Assembly: GCA_002269645.1 (NCBI GenBank)
Contig: NIVC01005007.1
Coordinates: 1 to 28,686, forward strand
DNA from: Macrostomum lignano
Lineage: Eukaryota
Length of the DNA stretch: 28,686 bases
Reading direction: 5' to 3'
The notes beneath the pieces are model-generated. The model worked only from the letters and a program-made list of their open reading frames with translations, ran no database searches and was not told the DNA's origin. Below are positions 19,675 to 28,686 of the stretch, one piece after another; position 1 is the first letter of the stretch, and the number at the start of each line of letters is the position of its first letter. The position numbers were made by a program, and so were the translations under genes.

Positions 19675-21042
19675 AGACCTCTTGGCCCAGGGTGTTGGGC
19701 ATGTATGTTCTAGGGAGAGGGAAGTCTATGGAGGGAAATTCTAGGGGAATCACGAAGGGATCGGTGAGTCAATTCTCGGCAACCGGCTGGGGCGAGATGC
19801 GGTGAAAAAAGTTACTGGGTGGAATGGGGAGCAATGGGCACTTAAAAACAGAATTCGTGAATCGTGGGCCTCTAGATTCGGGTGGAGGCCGTTATTATCT
19901 CAGTAAAAGTTTTTAATGGATTTGGGCAAATAATAGACTATACTATACTATGTATACGCAATAAATATCAAATTAATTATCAGCACTATACTCGTATTTT
20001 CGCTATCAACTTTATCGCCTTCATTTTGACCGTGGTTTTCGGCTTTTAAACTAAAGTAAATAAACGAAGCGTGCTGCCGTTGAATATAATTATTATCTAA
20101 TTACTAATAGAATAAATTTAATAACCACACAGGTAAATAATTTAATTCAACAAATGATTCAATGGAATGCAAGTCTAATTAGATTTATCAAACATTGATA
20201 ACATAATTTATCGATTCTACGTTTTGAAGCGAATAAGGTCACAAGTGTGTATTTTATGTGACGAGCATTTGATCTTTTAAGTCAAAAAAGATCTGATTCG
20301 ATAGCCTCTAAATCTAAAGATGCAGTCAACGACAGTTCCAGACCAATGTTGTGATTATTGATTAGTGCAATTATTAATCGTCGAGTCAGTGCGTGATTTT
20401 ATAAAAAAAACCATGACTTCCATTAAATGCTCGTAAACGAAACTCAACTGCACTACTACTAATAGTGCCCGTGTCGGTCTGTCATTTAGCATTTTTACTT
20501 GCGATAGGCTACTTTATTGTAGCATTGTCAATCGCCAAGCCATTGGCATTGGCATTGCAGCCGCAGATAAACTGCAGCACGCAGAAGTAGCATTTATTTC
20601 AACAATTGTCCGATATAAAAAATTACAGATTACAGAAAGAAAAAAAACGAGACATTATCACTTCGGTCAGTGGCGTAGCCAGACCAGAGTTTTAATCTAG
20701 TTCTAGGGGCTGTCACTGTCACAATCAAAGTTTTCAACGTAGCGACACTGACAGGGCAGACAGACACCAAATTATCGGGCCAACGCCGCTTTGAGGTCGA
20801 GCGTCGGTATGTAAATTCAGATAAACAACCAGTGAATTCACAAAAAAAGCGCAAGTTAAGTAACTAGCAGGCGACATCTTGTTTGGTCTATTATGGGTGG
20901 GTACAGACAGATACTTTGTTGAGCACAGAGGCCACACTGGCATTCACCGCGTGCCTTATTTATCTGCTGTGCAAGTCAGGAATTCGAAGAGTAACCGTGC
21001 TAGAAAGCTAGCAGTGTTCAAGTCCCAAGAGCTAAGCTTGAA

Positions 21043-22628
21043 AGACTGTATAGTAAAGCATAGCATAAGCTTGACGTTTCCTCTTCGACTTCCAGACTAG
21101 AAGCGTATAACAGAATAAGGCCAGCAGTAGATACCAAAGCAGCATCTAACAGCGCGACAAGAGACAAGCCAGGCCAGGGAGAGGACAATTGGAACTTAAG
21201 AAGAGCCATGAAGGCATGATTCAGTTTCAAAACTTACCCGATTTTGAATCTCGGGTCTTGGAAGAGCTTCAGTCAAATAAATGAGGACGCGAAGGACATA
21301 AGATAAGAAGGGCAGTCCCACAACGAAAAAGTTGGAGGCCCTCGTCTGCTAAGGTTCCTCTCTTTATTTAGCTTTGAAAATGGGGAGGGAGGGTGGGGAG
21401 GTCAACCCTGGCGTGAGAGTTAAAGGAGGATAGGAGGGAGGGGTGAATATAGAAAAACGCGGCCGGGCCTGGGTCTGGGGGATGGAGTATGGGGCATGGG
21501 TCGTTGTCTTGAACAAAATTATCGATCGAGAAGGATAGCGTGGGGGGTTGGGGAGCCGTGCGCACATTGAGACTTAGCCCACCCTCCCGGGGGGGGGGGG
21601 AGAAAGGCCCATCGTAGAAAGACCTCATAGCATTTGGGGGCCCCGTTTAAGGTGGGGAGGTTTTGCATGTGGTTGGTTGAAAGGTTTGGGGCTTGGGGCC
21701 ATCCTATCTTTGTGTGGTTGTTGGACCGTGGGCCGTGGCTGGCCCTTTTCTTTCTCAGAACCTGTGTTAGTGTGTGCAAGTGCAGTAAATGCATTGCTAT
21801 AGATTTAGATAGGCCTAACTATCAAGCAGTCTCATCTCATCCATGCATTGCATTTAAGGATAGCTATTTACTTTCTAGTGTGCTCTGCCTCTAAGCTCTA
21901 ACTCTAACCAATCCAGCCTCGAGCTCTCCCTCCTATGCTCCTCTTCCCCGACTCCTCAGTCCTCAGTCCTCACGACTCCTCAGTGTCCTCACTCTCACAT
22001 TTTTCTCACGAAAGACGAAGGGAAAAGAACGGAACGGAAAGAAGCTCTTCCTCTGCACTGCACCGCACGGTCCTCGGACATCGACTCCTCAATCCTATTC
22101 CTAATACTATTCCCTTCGTGCTGTGCAGTGACAGTGATGTCGCCTGGTTCGATTCTATCTATCTCGTTTATTTCGTCTGCTTTGCTTTATTTCTTAATTA
22201 TTTGCTTCTATGCCGGCTATGCGGTATTGCATGCAGATGCAAAATGCAATGCATGCTGGGTCTGGGTGATATTGATAGGTTGGCTTGGGCTGGGACGTTG
22301 GGACTTGGGAGCTGGGCGTCGGGACTGGGGAGGAATCCTTTTTCCCCATTTCATTCTTGCTTTTACTGTCTCATCTCATCCCCATTCATCAATAAGACAA
22401 TAACACATCATTAGACATCAACAGCCTCCGGCTCCGGTCCGTTTCCTGATCTCTCTTCGTGTCTGATTCTATTTCTATGGGTCTTTCTATTGTCTCTTGT
22501 CGCGCTGTTAGATGCTGCTTTGGTATTGGTATCCACTGCTGGCCTTATTCTGTTATACGCTTCTAGTCTGGAAGTCGAAGAGGAAACGTCAAGCTTATGC
22601 TATGCTTTACTAAATTACTATACAGTCT
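21043..22628. mobile_element. Non-coding 1.6-kb element with 125-bp terminal inverted repeats (family unassigned)
   Basis: 21043-21167 is the reverse complement of 22490-22628 apart from a 6-bp and an 8-bp local duplication and one substitution in the right arm. It is flanked by AA on both sides. No recognisable protein is encoded inside. Confidence 0.8.
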
Positions 22629-23365
22629 AATATCCAACGGCATAGGTAAAACTGGAAGCACGAGAGTTCCCCGCTGATATTTGCCGGTTTGCCCGCCGCA
22701 GCGAAGTTTTCCTGCCGAGATTCTCCCGCCCAGTTTTTTCCCGCCGAGGTTTTAGTTTCAGTGCCGTTCTAGAGCCCCTAAAATCTACTGCTTTTATTTT
22801 TTCTGCCTTCTGCCGCAAAATCATAAAGTAAAAATGCGTTGTAAATTTATTAACATACATATTATTGTTAACTTATGTGCGTAAGTGGTAGAGCCGTCGG
22901 CGACTGGTTGACGAATGACGACTGAATGCTCGAGAGGATATTTAGAAGTTAAGGCTTGCCTATTGTCAAGGCTTAATCAGAGAAACTTAAGAAATTCGCA
23001 ATAAGGGTGTTCACTGTTCATGAATCATGACTCCGTAGTCAACCCAATGCCATCTGTTGTAGATCCACAATCCACATGCTCGGCTTGGGTGAAGACCAGT
23101 GACCAACGAACTCAGAGCTGTGATGCAGACACATTTGGTCGACGTGCTGATGAAAGCATGCAGGCTTAGCAATTAAGGCCACACCGAGGCGCAGTGCTGA
23201 TTGACGCACATGGTTGTATTGAATACACTAGCGCTTATGGGAAAAATCTGACCTTATAGTAGAATCGTCGAATATCTCGACGCTCCGGAGGGCTGGTGAC
23301 TTAGTTCTTGTTTGAGAAAGTGCGCAACAAAAATTAGTCCGTACTAGCAATCTACGCCCCCCGTT

Positions 23366-24900
23366 GGGGAGCCAAAGAAATGCAATACACGTTTTTTTAA
23401 TAAGCTACATGTAGCCTTGAAATCTTAAAAAATCTACTGTCAAACTTCTAGCCCTAACCAAAACCCTAAATTCAATATTCTGTCTATGAGTTTTTGCATG
23501 ATCGATGCTTCTATGATTTTTGGCATGACGCTTCCATTGTTTTTGCATGACGCTTCCATTATTTTTGCATGATGCTTCCATGATAAACATTCTTAATAAG
23601 GTACATGAGCTAAGTTATAAGCTCCTTAACCCTAACCCTAACCCAAATCTTAACATAATAACCCTGAACCTAACCTTAAACCTAAACCCTAATACCAACC
23701 CTAACACTAACCCTACAGCCTGACATCTGCATAAGTTTGTGAAGTGCTAGTAGTATTTTTTAGCTTAGTATCTTAGCGTTAGGGAGCCAAAAATGCAGTA
23801 CAAGTTTTGTAATAAACTACATGTAGCATCTCTTAGCAACATACCTCAGAATTGTCCCTTGTAAGCCTTGAAATGTCAGTAATTCCCCCCCCACAAGCTT
23901 TAACAAATCAACTTCCCCCCTTGACATCTCAGCGATGCCCCCAAAAAGCCTTGAAATCTAAAAAAATCTGTCAACCTTCTAACCCTAACCCTAACCCTAG
24001 CCCAACCCTAACCCTAACCCTAACCCTAACCCTAACCCTAACCTAACCCTAAAGCATTGAAATTTCAGTTTTCTGAGTCATTATAGCACTACTACAGCAT
24101 TATAGCGATTCCCTGCAAGCCTCGACATCGTAGGGACTCCCAAATGAATCTCTTAACTTCGACATGAAGCTTCTTTTATTTTTACATTACGCTTTTCTAT
24201 CAGCGAGCCCTGAGGAGTCAACAAATAATGTAATAAAAAGTTTTCAATAAACTACATGTAGCTTCTGACTTAAGCCTTGAAATCTCATTTATACCCCCGT
24301 GAGCCTTGACATGTCAGCGATGCCCCCATAAATCTTGAAATCTAAAAAATCCCTTGTTAACCTTGAAACCCGATAAAATATAACCCTCAACCCACACTTG
24401 ACCTAAACCTAACTTTAACCCAACCTAAAGCCTTGAAATCTCAGCAATTCTTCTCCCCTAAGCCTTGGAATTTTAGTGATTCCTTCTTTAAGAATCACAG
24501 CACTATAACGATTTCCACCAAGCTTTGACATCGTAGCAATTCCCAAATGAATCTTTTAACTTCGACATGACTTTTCTTTTATGTATACTTAGTGCTACTT
24601 TTATTTTTTACATGACTCTTCTTCTATCAGCGCCTCCCCCCGTGGCGAGCCAACAAAGAATGTAATAAAAAAATGAGTAAAGTACATGAACTTTGAAGTA
24701 GCTTCTAACTTTTGCTTTGACATCTCAGAAACCCCCCCTGTAATCTCAGTTATTCTCTGTGAGCCTTGACGTCTCAGTAATTCTCCCCAGCACAGCATTA
24801 TAGCTGCATTTAATTTTTACATGACACCTTCATGTCTGACATGACGCTTCCTTTATTCTACCATGATGCTTCTTAATTTTTTAAATGACACTTTCATTAG
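23366..24900. repeat. Degenerate ~410-435-bp macro-repeat, about 4 units, containing telomere-type CCCTAA tracts
   Basis: The anchor CTACATGTAGC occurs at 23405, 23817 and 24251, with a variant at 24682. Shared blocks include CCTTGAAATCT, AAAAAATC and CCCAAATGAATCT..TAACTTCGACATGA. Confidence 0.8.
23979..24052 (-). repeat. Interstitial telomere-type repeat (TTAGGG)n on minus / (CCCTAA)n on plus, ~12 units
   Basis: Directly visible. More degenerate tracts lie at ~23617-23712 and ~24380-24428. Confidence 0.93.
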
Positions 24901-24909
24901 TCTTTAAAT

Positions 24910-27900
24910 GAGGCTTCTATGATTTTTCATGACGCTTCTATGATTTTTACATGATGCTTCTATGATTGTTTATATGACGCTTCTATGCTTTTTACATGAC
25001 GCTTCTATGATTGTCTACATGACGCTTCTATGCTTTTTCCATGACGCTTCTATGATTTTTTACATGACGCTTCTATGCTTTTTAGATGACGCTTCTATGA
25101 TTGTTTATATGACGCTTCTATGGTTTTTACATGACGCTTCTATGATTTTTTACATGACGCTTCTATGATTGTCTACATGACGCTTCTATGATTGTCTACA
25201 TGACGCTTCTATGCTTTTTCCATGACGCTTCTATGATTGTTTACATGACGCTTCTATGCTTTTTAGATGACGCTTCTATGATTGTTTATATGACGCTTCT
25301 ATGCTTTTTACATGATGCTTCTATGATTGTTTATATGACGCTTCTATGCTTTTTACATGACGCTTCTATGATTGTCTACATGACGCTTCTATGCTTTTTC
25401 CATGACGCTTCTATGATTGTTTACATGACGCTTCTATGCTTTTTAGATGACGCTTCTATGATTGTTTATATGACGCTTCTATGATTTTTACATGACGCTT
25501 CTATGATTTTTTACATGACGCTACTATGATTTTTACATGACGCTTCTATGATTTTTTACATGACGCTTCTATGATTGTCTACATGACGCTTCTATGCTTT
25601 TTCCATGACGCTTCTATGATTGTTTACATGACGCTTCTATGCTTTTTAGATGACGCTTCTATGATTGTTTATATGACGCTTCTATGATTTTTACATGACG
25701 CTTCTATGATTTTTTTACATGACGCTACTATGATTTTTACATGACGCTTCTATGATTTTTTATATGACGCTTCTATGATTGTTTATATGACGTTTCTATG
25801 CTTTTTATATGACGCTTTTTTATGATTGTTTACACGACGCTTCTATGATTGTTTACATGACGCTTCTATGATTTTTTACATGACGCTTCTTTGATTTTTA
25901 CATGACGCTTCTATGATTGTTTACATGACGCTTCTATGATGTTTATATGACGCTTCTATGATTTTTTAAATGACGCTTCTATGATTTTTACATGACGCTT
26001 CTATGATTGTTTACATGACGCTTCTATGATTTTTACATGACGCTTCTATGATGTTTATATGACGTTTCTATGCTTTTTACATGACGCTTCTTCGATTTTT
26101 TACATTACGCTTCTATGATTGTTTACATAACGCTTCTATGATTTTTTACATAACGCTTTTTTATGATTGTTTACACGACGCTTCTATGATTGTTTACATG
26201 ACGCTTCTATGATTGTTTACATGACGCTTCTATGATTGTTTACATGACGCTTCTTTGATTTTTACATGACGCTTCTATAATTGTTTACATGACGCTTCTA
26301 TGATGTTTATATGACGCTTCTATGATTTTTTACATGACGCTTCTATGATTTTTACATGACGCTTCTATGATGTTTACATGACGCTTCTATGATTTTTTTA
26401 AATGACGCTTCCATGATTGTTTACATGACGCTTCTATGATTTTTACATGACGCTTCTATGATTTTTACATGACGCTTCTATGATTGTTTACATGACGCTT
26501 CTATGATCGTTTATATGACGCTTCTATGATTGTTTATATGACGCTTTTATGATTTTTTACATGACGCTTCTATGACTTTTTAGATGACGCTTCTATGATT
26601 GTTTACATGACGCTTCTTTGATTTTTACATGACGCTTCTATGATTGTTTACATGACGCTTCTATGATTTTTACATGACGCTTCTATGATTTTTTACATAA
26701 CGCTTTTTTATGATTGTTTACACGACGCTTCTATGATTGTTTACATGACGCATCTATGATTGTTTACATGACGCTTCTATGATTTTTTACATGACGCTTC
26801 TTTGATTTTTACATGACGCTTCTATGATTGTTTACATGACGCTTCTATGATGTTTATATGACGCTTCTATGATTTTTTAAATGACGCTTCTATGATTTTT
26901 ACATGACGCTTCTATGATTGTTTACATGACGCTTCTATGATTTTTACATGACGCTTCTATGATGTTTATATGACGTTTCTATGCTTTTTACATGACGCTT
27001 CTTCAATTTTTTACATTACGCTTCTATGATTGTTTACATAACGCTTCTATGATTTTTTACATAACGTTTTTTATAATTGTTTACACGACGCTTCTATGAT
27101 TGTTTACATGACGCTTCTATGATTGTTTACATGACGCTTCTATGATTGTTTACATGACGCTTCTTTGATTTTTACATGACGCTTCTATAATTGTTTACAT
27201 GACGCTTCTATGATGTTTATATGACGCTTCTATGATTTTTTACATGACGCTTCTATGATTTTTACATGACGCTTCTATGATGTTTACATGACGCTTCTAT
27301 GATTTTTTACATGACGCTTCCATGATTGTTTACATGACGCTTCTATGATTTTTACATGACGCTTCTATGATTTTTACATGACGCTTCTATGATTGTTTAC
27401 ATGACGCTTCTATGATCGTTTATATGACGCTTCTATGATTGTTTATATGACGCTTTTATGATTTTTTACATGACGCTTCTATGACTTTTTAGATGACGCT
27501 TCTATGATTGTTTACATGACGCTTCTATGATTTTTACATGACGCTTCTATGATTGTTTACATGACGCTTCTATGATTTTTACATGACGCTTCTATGATTG
27601 TTTACATGACGCTTCTATGATTTTTACATGACGCTTCTATGATTTTTACATGACGCTTCTATGATTTTTACATGACGCTTCTATGATTGTTTACATGACG
27701 CTTCTATGATCGTTTATATGACGCTTTTATGATTGTTTATATGACGCTTTTATGATTTTTTACATGACGCTTCTATGATTTTTACATGACGCTTCTATGA
27801 TTTTTTACATGACGCTTCTATGATTTTTACATGACGCTTCTATGATTTTTACATGACGCTTCTATGATTGTTTACATGACGCTTCTATGATTGTTTACAT

Positions 27901-28673
27901 GACGCTTCTATGATTGTTTATATGACGCTTCTATGATTTTTTACATGACGCTTCTATGATTTTTACATGACGCTTCTATGATTGTTTACATGACGCTTCT
28001 ATGATCGTTTATATGACGCTTTTATGATTTTTACATGACGCTTCTATGATTTTTACATGACGCTTCTATGATTTTTTACATGACGCTTCTATGATTTTTA
28101 CATGACGCTTCTATGATTTTTTACATGACACTTCTATGATTTTTACATGACGCTTCTATGATTGTTTACATGACGCTTCTATGATTGTTTACATGACGCT
28201 TCTATGATTTTTACATGACGCTTCTATGATTGTTTACATGACGCTTCTATGATTTTTTTAAATGACGCTTCCATGATTGTTTACATGACGCTTCTATGAT
28301 TTTTACATAACGCTTTTTATGATTGTTTACACGACGCTTCTATGATTGTTTACATGACGCATCTATGATTGTTTACATGACGCTTCTATGATTTTTACAT
28401 GACGCTTCTATAATTGTTTACATGACGCTTCTATGATGTTTATATGACGCTTCTATGATTTTTTACATGACGCTTCTATGATTTTTACATGACGCTTCTA
28501 TGATGTTTACATGACGCTTCTATGATTTTTTAAATGACGCTTCATGATTGTTTACATGACGCTTCTATGATTTTTACATGACGCTTCTATGATTTTTACA
28601 TGACGCTTCTATGATTTTTTACATGACGCTTCTATGACTTTTTAGATGACGCTTCAATGATTGTTTACATGAC
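24910..28673. repeat. Satellite array, 22-23-bp unit (ATGACGCTTCTATGATT(G)TTTAC), roughly 165 copies, with higher-order structure
   Basis: Directly visible. Copy number is estimated as length divided by mean unit length. Confidence 0.98.
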
Positions 28674-28686
28674 ATGAATTCTATTA

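Noticed and set aside
20668-23363. CAGTGGCGTAG...CTACGCCCC possible transposon ends
   Set aside because: Only a 7-bp inverted match over 2.7 kb and no target duplication, so chance cannot be excluded.
24962-25484. ORFs with the MIVYMTLLCFLHDAS period
   Set aside because: Translation of the 45-bp satellite dimer.

Overview
Eukaryotic (metazoan, probably invertebrate) genomic DNA rather than prokaryotic: it has GT-AG introns and (TTAGGG)n-type repeats. The minisatellite-filled introns are reminiscent of the flatworm Macrostomum, but the species cannot be established from this window. Two spliced protein-coding genes are supportable. (1) The 3' part of an aftiphilin gene (AFTPH) on +, join(<1..1489,2692..2824,3879..4028,4280..4382,5582..5656,6645..6895), with a one-base frameshift near 661. 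(2) A complete, divergent 9-cysteine TGF-beta superfamily precursor (activin/myostatin/TGF-beta-like) on -, complement(join(15475..15707,15814..16494,16957..17479)), about 478 aa. The rest is repeat- and transposon-rich: a TA-flanked MITE, a decayed IS630/Tc1-type element with a minisatellite expanded inside one TIR, and a 5'-truncated non-LTR retrotransposon with a 17-bp target-site duplication. That retrotransposon lies about 65 bp from an isolated ~60-bp piece of LSU (28S) rRNA covering the R2/I-PpoI target region. There is also a 1.6-kb element with 125-bp inverted ends, about ten minisatellites that share cores in groups, a ~420-bp macro-repeat containing telomere-type CCCTAA tracts, and a 3.7-kb 22-23-bp satellite apparently amplified from a motif of that macro-repeat. 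Most long ORFs in the supplied track are artefacts of translating tandem repeats. No novel multi-gene system is demonstrable; the most curious items are the rRNA fragment next to the retrotransposon, the divergent TGF-beta ligand and the inverted-repeat element.
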